From positions 6,696,001-6,760,000 of the forward strand of contig CP075492.1 in the NCBI GenBank assembly GCA_021613535.1: 64,000 bases of DNA. Reading direction: 5' to 3'. The stretch comes from Adineta vaga. Taxonomy: Eukaryota; Animalia; Rotifera. The translations under genes were made by a program, and so were the position numbers. Positions 10,879 to 24,689 of this stretch are shown in pieces. Position 1 is the stretch's first letter, and each line of letters opens with the position of its first letter. A model generated the notes under the pieces. It worked only from the letters and a program-made list of their open reading frames with translations, had not been told where the DNA came from and ran no database searches.

Positions 10879-13584
10879 ATGCGGTACTTACGTCTTCGTT
10901 TACGCTCTTCAATCTTCTTAGGTTTATCGATTATTACTTTCTTTTCTCTTACTACACTTCATTTATTTCTACGATCAACAAGGGAACTAGAACAAAAAGA
11001 TTCTACTATACTAACAGAATCCAAAGCAATACCATCACAAAAACTCAATAAACATAAAGAATACATATCATCTGAACGTGTTGATGAACTTTATCGATTA
11101 ATACTTGCGAATCGGAATGATCAATCAAATTCATTTCATTCATCATGGACTTTGGGAAAAATTCTTAGCGAACAATCTCAAATACAACGCAACGATACTA
11201 ATACGCATAAAAACGAAACAACTGATTCTAGAGACTTAAAGAACAACCGTTTCAATTTCAATTAAATCTAACGACGACTTTGAAAAATTTCAACGAAAAT
11301 GATAAAACTCAATTGCGATATTTCATTCATCATATCTTATCAAAATGGAAAAACGACCATCAAAATGATACAATTGTTAGTTTAGCTGATATTATGCAGG
11401 AAGATCTTGCACAAAATGATCCACAGTAAGTATTATATGCATCAGATCGAAATATTGTTTCCTAGTCAATTAGAATAATAGATTTATATCTAAAAAAAAA
11501 TTAATTCATCTAGGAATAATGATATGTTTCATGGTTTACAGGGATTTTTTTTCTGTATAGAAATGATTGATTAAGATAAATGATGTTGACAGTACACGCA
11601 TGTTTTTTCTTTTTCTCTGTCGATTTGTATTAGTATTATGAGTATTAAAGCGAACTGTTTGATGCATTGAAGCATATCCATAGTGATGAATGTATCTTAA
11701 TATACAAGGTCAGATAATATTTCATTCAAAATTGGATTTTCTCTTTCATTTCTGTTCGATATTGCAAAAGAATTATTCAAACTTGTTTGACTTCAGTCTC
11801 TTTTTAATTTATTTCGAGAATATGCAAATACGATATGAATAAATCAATTAAATGGAATAAGAGACGCTTTTCAGGAAACACTACTAATATTTCAATTAGT
11901 TTTTTGTTTCAAAATTGCTTTCAAGTAAATTAGAAAATAAAACGTAGATACAATAAGGATCTATTCTCAGCCGACGAAGAGAAACCATCACTTATCATTA
12001 GCAAATGCCAATATTAAACTTGCTTGAATTGTTCTTTTGTGAATCGATTATCTCACTGAAGGAAATTTTCTGTCTTTCAAAATGAATTCGACTGTATATC
12101 CGTTGTTGATTGATGTAAATTATTATGGAGACATCTTTCTAACTTCCTTCGGAATCCATATAACGAAGAATTTTCTAAGCATTAATAATGCGTTATCTAG
12201 AAAATTTCGAATATTTTTTTCAGGCGATTGAAGACAACATGGTATAGATACATAAAAACTGTAACTAATTCCCGTGTATATAATCCCAATAGCTCAGAAT
12301 TTAAATATCTATTGAATCATTTACAAAATGGTGCAATATCTGAAGCAAGTTAGTGAACAAAATCCATTTTAATAGATTGATATTGAATGCTGTTTTTCCC
12401 CGTTTTCTAGGTGAAATGTCACAGGGAACTCAAATAAAGCTTATCCTTCAATTGTCCGATGGTTTCCAAAGTTTATTAAAACCCTACAGGTATTTTAAGA
12501 TGAGACTTGTCAACAAATATTTTCTAGGGGAATCTTTTTATTCTTTAGAGTGCCGCGAAATTATCAAACATTTCCAGATCATTTCTATTTCAGTGATATT
12601 GAAAGACATCATGCTGAAATAGCTGCATTTCATGTCGACAAGTACAATTTATTTTGTTTATCAATTGAATAGGACACGATAAGATATTTGATTTAGAATT
12701 CTTGGTTTTAATCGGGTACCTCCGTTGATCGGACGATTGTTAAATATAACCAGTGATCTTCGTGATAAAGCAACTGAAGAATTACGGAAAACATTCTTTC
12801 TTTCACCAGGTAAATACATATTCACGAAAACTTTCTCTTTTTTTTCTAAAAAATCTTCTTTTCTAGCAAATAATACGTGCTTCCGTGGACATTGTACCTA
12901 TTATTGTGATACATCACATGCTGTATGTGGTAAACCAGGAAATCGATTAGAAGGTTCTGTTCAACTTCTTTTACCTCGACCACCTGAAGTTGATTGGCAA
13001 AAGATAACTCATCCATATCGACGATCTTATAGTGCAACACGGCAAGCTGAATGGGAAACAAATGAAAATTATTGTTATGAACATGTTATAATTGATGAAG
13101 ATTATCACAATCGTTTATTACTTGATATGATGGATTTATGTGCATTTGATTTTCTGATTGGTCAGTAAATCTCTTTATTTCTACAGTATGAATTTTGTCC
13201 TTTTTCTTCTTTTTTCCAGGCAATTTAGATCGTCATCATATGATGCGTATTAGTTCTTTTGGTATCAATACAGCTTTAATTCATCTTGATAATGGTCGAA
13301 GTTTCGGCCGACATGATTCTGATGATCTATCAATTTTAGCACCTATTCGTCAATGTTGTTTTTTTCGTTATTCAACATTTACTCGTTTATATCGTTTATA
13401 TCGTAAAGGTCTTTCAAAATTACTTTCAAATTCTTTAAATATTGGTGAACAGTTGCCAATGATTCTTATTAAAGAACATCTCATTGCTATTGATCGACGT
13501 CTAGAAATTCTCTTTGCACATTTAGATACTTGTATTCAAACTTATACAGTGAAAGGAGTCATGATTGATGACGGTGTTGATTAA
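10879..13584 (+). CDS. FAM20C: FAM20C-like secretory-pathway (Golgi casein) kinase; multi-exon with an ~800-nt intron (11426-12223)
   Basis: N-terminal signal anchor; [92 protein letters not shown]. Confidence 0.9.
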
Positions 13585-13714
13585 GTGAAATTCGAAGTAT
13601 TTGTTTCTTTTTTTTAGTAAAAATATTCTATTGAATCTCTGTTAATTGTCTTTATTACAAATTGTTTTTTTTGTTACACAATAAAATATAATTTTACAGA
13701 ATTAATTTTTATTG

Positions 13715-14633
13715 TCATTTTGAATTGAGAACTTTGAAATTGAGTGCATTGAAACCACGACCATACGTTGTCTGCCAATCAAATTCCGATGATTGATGAT
13801 TTTCTCTACTAAATGCATGAACCATTTCTAACTCGTCACTTTCATATTCATCTCTTTCGGATTGTTTTTCAATTGTTTTAAATCGTGCACCTTGTCCATA
13901 TATTTGACCAGTATGACGATTTAAAAATGTTGCAACTGTTCGTAAAGTTAACGAAATACGTTCACCATAGAAAGAAGATTCATCAGGATCTTTAAGATCA
14001 TTAGGACGTTTATCTGGACGAATAGCATGATGCCATTCACGATTTGTTTGCCAACCTAATACAAATAATGAATTATGTGGTAATTTAAAATTTTGTCGAA
14101 CACCAGGTTGACGTTTATGAATTAAAGTCATTGTACGTGCTGCACCTAAAATCATAGATTGATGAACGATTGTTTTGATGTAAATATGAATTCTTACCGA
14201 GACTATAATTGACAATATTTGATCCAAGTAAGATATCTAATGTTTTATCGGAATGTTCTCCAATATTATCTTTTCCATTTTTATAATATTGTATTAATGC
14301 ATGATTAAGTTTTTGTTCAATTACTTCCTCAACTCTTTCCTTGATTTTTAATGCTGTAGGTGTCCAAGAAACAAGTTCAGGTTGTTCATCAGCTGGATGA
14401 CGATAGAGTGGTTCATATTCATCTCCATTCTCAATAGTTATCGTACCTTGTATAGAAACTTCACGAGGTACACGTTTTCCTCTTTGTCGCATTGTATTCC
14501 ATTTAACTTCACTATGTACATTATAAAATAACTCATCCGCAACATCTTTTGGAAAAATATCGAGTATTAAAAAAGAATCATTTGATCCATAAATAGCTGC
14601 ATTTTGTGCCCAAGATGGAGTTGAAGTTGCCAT
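13715..14633 (-). CDS. AlkB-superfamily 2OG-Fe(II) dioxygenase, fungal-type (exons 14633-14198, 14145-13715)
   Basis: LNHALIQYY..GKDNIGEHSDKTLDI (HxD), WHHAI (distal His), RISLTLR (2OG-binding Arg). A 52-nt GT-AG intron joins NYSLG|AARTMT. Confidence 0.88.
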
Positions 14634-15114
14634 TTGTAAGAAATGTGGTCAATATAAACAGCAACTTGTTTTTCTTTCCTTTTATTTACGACTCTATAAG
14701 TGGCGAATGACGAATAGCCAGCAAATAAAAGGTGAATGTTGTGTAAGATTGCATCATTCAATCTACATTGCTAATTGATCAATGTCTATGCTGAAATAAC
14801 CGTTCTGTCATATAAGATACTGATTTTAGTATGGTTTCGAAATCAATATAGACTATATAAACGACGTATATCTTTGTTAAACTTTTTTTCTCCCACATCT
14901 AAATATTATAATAAAAACTTATTCTATAGAACAGCAAAGACAATGAAAATAACGAGATAAATTAAAAATAAAAACCAGACCTTCATATCAAATAATAGTT
15001 ATTAAGTTTTTCTCTTGTTTTTTTTAATCAGAATGCAGAACAAAAGGAAAACGAAGAAAAAGAAAAGAAAAACAATGTTAAAAGTTCTTTTTGAGCACAG
15101 GATACATATGCATT

Positions 15115-15812
15115 TTAATCGATAAGTTTTTTTGCTTTAAAATATCGTCGTAAATAAAGAACTTGCCAAATAGCTAAACTCATAAGACAACACATGGAAA
15201 AAACAGAGAAATAAAGCACTTTATTATTTGTTGATTCATTTGTATCACGCATTTCTTCTTCACGTTGTTTCATATATGCAAAATCAGAAACAATAGCAGA
15301 AGACAGATCTTCTAATCGACTTAATTCAACTTCTAATGGTTTGAGTTTATTTGCTTTTGCTAAAGCATCATAATCTTTGGTTTCAACTCCATGTTTAATT
15401 TTTATAGAAACTTCTTTAGTTGTATGTTGAGCAGATAAATGATGTTGTTGTTGACCATGAGGTAATTTTGTTTCGAAACATATTTCAAATATATCATATT
15501 CTTCTGTTGTAAAAGCAAATTTTCCTTTTGAGGCATCTTCTTTATTATAGAGTGTATGTCCTTTGGTATCCTTGACATCGAGATGAGTGACTAAACCAGG
15601 CAAAACACTTATATCATAATCACCAGTAACCATTGTATCCTAGAAAATAATGAACGTGAAAGAGAAAGAAATGGATTTTTCTTGCAGAGACTTACTTTGT
15701 GAATTTCTTCTTTTAAACATTTTCTTGTGTTAAGTGGTAAATTAAAACTAATTGAATGAATAGATCCAATCAGAAGCAAGAAAATTGGTAAAAACATGGA
15801 AATCAATCGCAT
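15115..15812 (-). CDS. TMED10: p24 delta / Tmp21 GOLD-domain cargo receptor (intron 15640-15695)
   Basis: Signal peptide, [19 protein letters not shown]|[46 protein letters not shown]. Confidence 0.96.
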
Positions 15813-16677
15813 TTTTATCTGTGCACTACCCAAGAAATTGACTCAATAGTACGATTGATCAGAATATATGCCAGCGTATCAAGTTAGAACATGGTATTTC
15901 AAAGACTAACCAATCAGAATATGGAATATTATTTTGAAAGATTTGAGATAATAAATGATAATGATGATTGAAAGTTATAAGAAGTACGTCTCATAAAAAT
16001 ATTTCAATCAATTTTAGATTATATTGTCATAGATGGCAGAAGTCATCAAATGAATACATGTAATTGAAATGTAACAGAATATTTGTCATAGAGCAAACTA
16101 AGAAATAAAAACCGCCAATATCTTGTTCTTTCATGTGTATCACTCATGCCTATCATGCAAAATGTCATTTCGATGGGAAAATGTATCAATATATGGAGAA
16201 TGTAATCATCGACTTTTGATTGTGATAGATATTGTACTTGTACGATATCACTATTTGCATTATCATTATAAGTTAATACTCAATGAATGATCTGATATTA
16301 ATAATCGTTAACATCCGTGTTATTGATGTGAAATTTAACTGTCCAATATCTGATTTACTACCCTATCTTATCTCTTATTGTTCATAATTTAAATATGTAT
16401 GAGTATAAAACTATGCTATCGTTTGATGGAAAGACAGAGTGTTCACACTTTTTGAAATTTGTTGTGAATGGATCAAAATGAGAAAGTTTAATTTCACGAA
16501 GCTTTTATTAATATACTACACAAACAGAACGAAACACACATTCATATATGAAGAGAATAATAAGAAACCATATAGCTAACTATCAAGTTCTGCATATACG
16601 CAAGAAAACAATCTTATCATCCTCATTGCCGAAACTTTCTAATTAAATTGCATAAGAAAATCATTTCATAATAGGAT

Positions 16678-18147
16678 TTACATTGGTGGTAATAATTTTT
16701 CATTGACTTCACCTAAATTATTTTGTTTCATTGGACTTTTCACTCCTAAACCAATAATTTGTCCACCATTATCTGATTCTAATGATGTATTAAAACGTAT
16801 TTGTGGTAGAACTTTCCAATTATTCCATAGAGCACAAACAACTTCTCCAGCAATAACATGATTTGTATTTTTCTTAATAATACGTAGAAGAAGAAGACCA
16901 TCTTGTCGACAATAATGTTCTACAAAATCATCTAAACGTTTCAATGGTGTATGATCATCATGTTCATTTTTTAACATAAGACGTGGTGTTGATGATGTCG
17001 AATAATGAATATCATTGGCTTGTAAAAATCGTTGAACAAAATTTATACGAGCATTGCTTGAAAAATAATAGAACCATTTGATAAGACCATAAATAGATGC
17101 AATAGCAACAAATGCAAGCCAAAACCAAATAATCATGAAAACCTAAAACCAAAAAAAAACAAAAAAAACAGATTAAATCAGGAACATCGACTTCTGCCTC
17201 GATGATAGTTAATCTTCGATATAAATTTCATACTTTTTCATTGTAAATATTAATTGGTAACAAACATTGAACATCGTATGGTTGAATATTATCACCAAGT
17301 GTTCGAATAATAAATTTACACATAGTTATACGTGGAAAACGTTCTACAACTTCAATTTCTTGATTATTCCACCAACGTTGCATGGTTTCAAAACCAAAAA
17401 ACGAAAATCCACGGCCCATAAAGACATTCAAAAGAAATAATTGACCAATAGCATTGAAAATATAGAGGAATTTAATTAGTATATAAGTCAATGCTAAATA
17501 ATTTCCTGAATGACGACCCATTGAACAACAGCAAAACGAACCAAAACGTTGACGAATATTATACATTAAACCATATTCATATTCACGATGATATGCCAAC
17601 GCTTTATCAACATGTTTAGCTAAAGCACGAACTGCATCTTCACGCTTTGAACCATCTAATTGATCCATATCCGTAACCATTTTAGTAATCACTTTTGTGT
17701 TAATACCACATGCTCTATTCAAATTACGCCAGATAAAACCAGGTATATAGAAGAGAAACATCATACAGAGTAAAATAAATGGCACCCATTGATAATATGG
17801 ACTAAAACATAGATATGCAATTGATGACTAAGAAAGTTTCTTCTGCATTTTGTTACTTACATTTTTTCCGGTGTTTTTTCGAAACGATTTGGTAGAGGTT
17901 TATCAAATGGTAGATAATATGACGAACTAATCCAACATACCCAATTGACATAAGTTGAATGACTAGCCATATTTTGTGTATAACAATTGATTGGACTACC
18001 GATAAATTGAGATGAACTGATGATAAGAAATGAAACACCAAGAAGAATTATGGAATATCTTCGACTTAATCGATCATAGAAATCATCATTTTTAACACCT
18101 GGCGAGCCAAGTTTCTTGAATGCGTCCGTAACCAAGTACAGTGCCAT
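16678..18147 (-). CDS. Innexin (gap junction protein); 3 coding exons
   Basis: DDFYDRLSRRYS, QFIGSPINC..CW, spliced IPYYQWVPF, FPRITMC..QCLLPINIYNEK|VFMIIWFW, YCRQDGLLLLR. Confidence 0.96.
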
Positions 18148-19954
18148 CTAGAACATAAGAAAAAGAATAAGATGCAATGGAATCAAATGGTAAATGTCTA
18201 AAGAGTAAGTCAGATCAATAGAAGTAGTAGTATGCATTTCTTTCTTCTCTTGGTCAAGAGAAAAAATCATGATGATGGTGTTTATCGTATCTCTCCTATG
18301 AACATTTCTATAGCACAATGTTGTTCATCATATGGAGAAGAATGATCAAATGACCGGTGGGTCGTTCTCTCCTTGTCATTTAAACTGAACTAGAAAGGGC
18401 AGTGTTCTCTAGAGAAGAATGAACCGTTTCGTTTTTTTTCTTTCTCTTCTTCTTCGTCTTTCTCGTCTCACTCTATATGACTGAATAGATTCAAGCGGCC
18501 AATCGGTCGACTAATATAGATTCATTCATTACTGTATGTACGATCGATGATTGTACTTTGGAGTTGGACATCAAGTGGCATCTTTCGCCTTTCATATTGA
18601 TATATTTATATATACATATTTGTATATTCGTTACTTATTGCTAGAAGATTTTCAATATCGAATTCAGATGAACATTCTTTTAGTAACAACGTGCTAAAGC
18701 ATAAATATATATAAATGAGAAAAAAAAGCTTAAAATCTTCAAGAACATGTATATATATATATATGCATTATATAATCATTAGAACCGGAATCAATTTTGA
18801 ACTTTCAATGTCAGATATCAACTTCTCATGACAGTACAATTATAGAGCTTGAAAATAGACAGTAACAATCGATCAATTGAAATTGAGTAATACATCAAAT
18901 TTCAAGAAAACATTTTCAATGTATTATTTTCTCTTTAAATTTTGGCAAATACTCATGATTTTATTCATCATATTTAATATAAAAAATCAATGAAACGTCA
19001 AGAATAACTAAAACAACATCTTTCTAAACTTGTCGATAGTTATTAATAGCGCTGTTCGTCCGCAAAGAAATTTCATTGTAAAATCTAGACGTATTTGTTC
19101 TGGATATAAAAAGTCTGTAAACAATCTTTTGACTGTTCTTGGAAGTCTATACATATATTGTTGCTGTAGACCGACGTGGCGATGTGTGCGTATTTTTTTC
19201 CATGCTTAGCGCATGTGTTGCAAGCATAAATTTTTTTTCTTTTCTCTTATAGTGTCTGAGTGTTTCTTCTTCAACGTGCGTGCGTGTTTGCATAATATAT
19301 ATATATATATAATATATCAGAGTAACGACAAAAGACGAGAGAGAGAGAAAGAGAGAATGCCGGGATATTTTTTTTCTCCGTCAATAACAATACATTTACT
19401 AGTACCCAATGCACAAGCTTTTCTTTCCTCATTCTCGAGGCTAGGAAGGTTTTTTTCTTCTCTTGATCTTACGATGTAAGCGTAGATGCGTACGATTTTT
19501 TCTTCTTCATTCTCCCACTCCCTTATTTGTTCTGTAGTGTTTTTTTTTCGAACATTTTCTGTTCTGTTCCGAGTATGTATTAGATTTCTACTACGTTTTA
19601 TAGATTTATTTTCCCCTTGTTTTTTTAGCATAATATAATGTGTCAAATTTATCGTTGAATATTTCAGACTTATATCTTTATCGAATAATTATTTTTCATG
19701 TAAATATCTATAACTCGATCTCCTTTCATTTTCTTTTTCCTTTCATTAGAAACTATTTTACGAAAGCATGAGTGAATGTTAAAATTGCCTAAAAGCTAAG
19801 ATAGACGAAAACAAGTATTTTGTAGATATTGTTTTGTGAGAAGCAAAGATTATTGAGAGTATTATTTCTTTTTTATTTTAAAGAAAAATATACTTGTTAT
19901 ATGAAGAAGTTCCTACTTGTTTTAAACATGATACAATGTTTTCTTTTTCTAGAT

Positions 19955-22201
19955 ATGAATATTTTACATTTTGTTTGTATGTTGATTTGTTTTACGAATA
20001 ATATTTCAACAGAATCAGTAAGTGATAAATAAGTAATTCAATCAATGTCTATTCTTTTCTTGAAATAGTGTTTATTATCCAATACTTCATATGCTCTTTG
20101 TTCGATTTCTGGTACAACGCCGATGATAAAATCAAAATCATTTACTAAAACAGACTTTGATAATGAATGTCATGTCCATTTTGTAGAAACAATTCTCAAG
20201 ACTAATTGTAATAAACCAGTTTTAGATACACGAAAACCACCCACTAGTATTGAAAGTAAAGTATTAAAAATTAAACAAAAACATACAGTTGAATTCTCTT
20301 GATTTTTTTATAGAATATGCTTATGGATTTTTGGCAGTTTTTATTGTCTCAGCTCTATCACTTGCTGGTTTATTAGCATTTCCACTTCTATATAAAGTTT
20401 CATTTCAATATGTTTTAACGTTATTTACTGCTCTAGCAGTTGGAACACTCTTTGGTGATACAATGTTTCATTTGATACCATTTGTATGTATTTCTATTTG
20501 GAAGAAAAAAAACAAGAAATTGATGAATTCTACTTAGGCACTTGGTAGTCATGGTGATCATGATGGACAGAGTCACGCAACATTCTCTGTGCCTGACTAT
20601 GCTTGGAAAATGTTAATAAGTGTATTAAGTATGTTGCATGAATGAAATACAATTCAATCGATTGATTGATTTCATTTTTATTTAGTTCTGTATAGTTTTT
20701 ATCTCTTGGAAGTTCTTCTTCATTCATTTGCTCATTACAAACATAAAAACTCTGTAAGTTTCATTTAAAAAATAAACCTTGCTATTTTTTGAGAACTATT
20801 TTATTTAGAATTCCGTACATTTTCATGCACATGGTCATAGTCATTCGATGCCACATCATAATCATTCTCATCCGGAAGGAGAAATTTGTGAACATACTCC
20901 ACTTGATATTGATGCTGATTTAGAACATGGCCATCGTTTACATAATCATATGCATCATAATCTTCATCAGCATGTATCCAATGAAATTAGTACAGCATCA
21001 TCATTATCTGCTGCGAATCAAACATTTCATAATAATAATAATAATAATAAGCATAGTAGTCATAAAAATCTCACTTGTGTTCCATGTGCATATTCAAATG
21101 AAACTCGATCACAACCAGCAACATCAATATTAAAACATGATTCAAAAGACAATATTTCAGTGAACGATGATCAAACACCGGTATCAGTTGTTATTGCTGA
21201 TCCACATGAACAATCGGAACCGAAAAAAATCAATCCCGTCGTTCAACAATTGAAAAGTAATTGAATTAATTTTCATTCTACAAATTTTGTTTTTCGTGTC
21301 ACGACATATTTGATGTTTGCTGTGAATATGACTGAACAGTTTGCTTTGCAATTATATGAATTTCAGAGGATTCTACATATGCACCTGGTATTTCACTCGG
21401 TTTGTTTATACATATGTTTTTTTTCTTCTTTGAATTCTATTCATTGCTTGCACACCTTTTCTAATCTTACTAATAGTGGAATGTCTTCTTTCTTTTCCTG
21501 CATGATATAGTTAAAAAACAAACAAACAAACAGACATATGATCGAATTGTGATATCAGATTTCATTTATTTTTCTTTTCTAGCTATCAAATCGACTGGAT
21601 GGATGGTATTAATTGGTGATGGTATTCATAATTTTGCCGATGGATTAGCCATTGGAGCTGCATTCAGTCAAGATCTTGTTCTAGGAATGACAACAACATT
21701 AGCTGTTGCTTTTCATGAATTACCTCACGAATTAGGTAAAGATTCTCTTTCCAAAAAATCTTTATTGGTTCTAGAACAATCTATGAAAAATGTCTTTTGT
21801 TTTTGTTTAGGAGATTACGCTGTTCTAATTCAATCGGGTTTTTCTCACTATCGAGCAATTTTATGGAATTTTCTTTCAGCGACAACAGCAATAATTGGTT
21901 TTTTTATTGGTGCAGCATTATCATCTGATGCTAATATTCGTCAATGGATATTTGCAATAACTATTGGCATGTTTTTATATATAGCACTTGTTGATCTAGT
22001 ATGTTAAAATGAATGAAAGTTTCATTACAGAAATCCGTTTTTTTCCTTCTGTTCAATTTATTTTAGTTGCCTACATTATTAGCGGATGGACAAGTTGAAT
22101 TCAAACGTTTTATTGTTGTTAATATTGGATTTTTACTTGGTATTGCGATTATGTTTCTATTGGTATTATTTGAAGATAGTTTAATTCATTCGTCGAGATA
22201 G
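19955..22201 (+). CDS. SLC39A LIV-1 subfamily ZIP zinc transporter with His-rich loop; multi-exon
   Basis: Signal peptide MNILHFVCMLICF, ALAVGTLFGDTMFHLIP, GDGIHNFADGLAIGAAF, HELPHELGD, GMFLYIALVDL. Confidence 0.95.
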
Positions 22202-23515
22202 TTTTCATATTTCTTTTGTTATTATTAAAATTTATTCTTTGTTGTTGCTCTTCTTCTTCTTCTTCTTTTTTTTTCATTCCGGTGATCTTTTCTTTTTGGT
22301 TTGTTTTCACTTTTTTTTTCTTTTGGAAATCTGTATGGAAAAACTGTGATGATAATTATGCATGTTATACACACAATTTGTCACGTACTTAGCAAACAAA
22401 CCAACGAAGGGGATTTTTTATTTTAGTTTATTAAAAACTGCTTGAATTGAATCGTTATGTCTATTTCCAATATTTTACATTACATCGAAACTTCAGTTGG
22501 TTACCTAGTATTCAGTTGAAAATATTCTTTGTACTATTACGATGATATTAGAGACAGAGAGCAAATACTGGGAGCTTTATCAGAAAAACTTTCTTCTCAG
22601 ACATCAGCGATACAATAATTGAAATCATTGCCATTATCTTTTAAAATAGAAAGAGTGATTTCGTTATCTTTTCTCACACTGTGGGTACTCTTACTCCCCA
22701 GACCCAAAATAACTGATTTCTCTCACCAGCAAGACACATTGAGTAGGAGAATTATCACATATACAACATGGTATATCATTAACTTAGTTATTTCATTAAA
22801 TTTTAACAAATAATTTGAGTTATTTTATTCGGCCTACTCATATTCTCGAAGAGAAAAGTAAATAATCACTTTTTTTTTGTTATAATCAATTATTATTTTC
22901 AACGAAATAAAGAAATAATTCATCGAGAAAAGACAAAGCAAATTTCATTGTAATTGTCGTAATCTGCTATAGAAATATTAGGAACCATCTGTTACATATA
23001 GAGATGCTCGTTCGTTTTGATATTCTCTAGACAGAACAAATATTTATACAATGTTATCATGTTCGATAAGACAAGTCATTTTTCAATCAATTAAAATTCA
23101 TTCGTGTTTGAAATTAAAAAATCACAATGAGTCAATAAATGATTCATAAAATAAATAAGTTTGATGAAGATAACTTTTTTTATCTTTCTTATTGTCAATT
23201 TGTGCAATGATGACAAAGGAATTTTTAAGCAAATGTAAAAATTGTCAATGATTTCATAATTTACATTAGAAACTTCTCCTTCATATGGTTTGTTTTTCGT
23301 CTTTCAATCAATAAAAATCAAAAATCAAAATAAATAAATGAATAAATATCAACACTGACAAACGTATACAACAGAAGTGGAAAAAAAAACGAGAGAAGTG
23401 TTTTATACAAACAGGAGAAAAATCTATGAAATAAAAGCGAGTGATTTTTTATGGAATGAAGGAGAAAAGAAGAAGAAAAATAAAAGCTTCTTATCATTGA
23501 CATGTCAATCTTATT

Positions 23516-24371
23516 TTATGAACGACTATTCGATTTTGAATGTTGGATTAACCATTGAAGTGTAATATCTAAATTGAATGAATAATAGATGATTTGAGAA
23601 AAGTTTATTTTTTACCAATATTTTCTTTTTCTTTGCATGATATAGAATAACAACAGATTTCTCGATCTTTTATTGGAGAAAGATCCCTAGGAAAGAAAAG
23701 AAGAAGAAGATGACAATAATCGTTTACTTTTTCTTTATGAAATATTTTACAATCGTTGAATTAGTTCTTGAACTTCAAGCGCATTCGGTAAATCACGTTT
23801 ATTACCAAGTACAAGTACAGGTATACCTTGAAGTTGAGGTTTTTCAAGTAAATTACTAAATTCTTGTTTAGCTGCATCAAGTTTTTCATGATCTGCTGCA
23901 TCTACCATGAATCTATTCAATAGTCAAATAAAAAAAAATTTCTATGAATTTATCAAATTTTAATATCTCTACATACACAATCGCATTTACACCACGACAA
24001 TAACGTTCCCACATACTACGAAATCGTGGTTGACCGCCTAGTTTCATTAAAAAGGAATAAAATACAATTGAATATTGTTTATTCATATTCAACACATACC
24101 AATATCCCAAATCTAAAAGAAAATCAAACAATAATATTCATAAAGTAACACCGAAGAAAACTCTTACTTTAATTGTTACATTTCCTTTCGTAATTTTTCT
24201 CATATTAAAACCAACTGTTGGTATCATATCTTCCGAATATTGACCTGATGCAATTAAATTAACAAATGTTGTTTTACCAGAATTCTGTAAACCAACAAGT
24301 GTTAATTCCATTTCTTCTTTCCAAAATAAGCTTTTAAACCAGTCCAAAATACGTTGAACAAAAGCAAACAT
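23516..24371 (-). CDS. ARL8: ARF-like GTPase 8; multi-exon with a 13-nt microexon (24100-24112)
   Basis: [49 protein letters not shown]|IWDIG|[27 protein letters not shown]-terminal [12 protein letters not shown]. Confidence 0.97.
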
Positions 24372-24689
24372 CGTTCACAAATATGTTTTTACAGAAAAAT
24401 CTAGAAGAGAAAAATGAATATAGAACAAAATCTTCTTTGCAAATAACTCATATCACACACTTTCGTACTTTTTCTTGTCATATGTACGATACGAACAGAT
24501 AGGAGATATATAATATTATATTATGCATGTATATAGAAGACATTGTCATAGTCCAAGTTTTTCCTTTTTAATAGATGTCGCTAATAAATCATGTGCATTA
24601 TTAACTCAAAGGAACGTCCAATAAACAAACAGAGAATATTCAATCTGTCAGACAGACAGACAGATGAAGATGACTTTTTTTTGTTGTAA

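Noticed and set aside
1157-24371. Possible ancient synteny of the oxytocin-like gene with ABCD and ARL8, whose human paralogues lie near OT/VP receptor loci
   Set aside because: The human linkage concerns receptors rather than ligands, distances are large and chance is likely. It needs a formal macrosynteny test.
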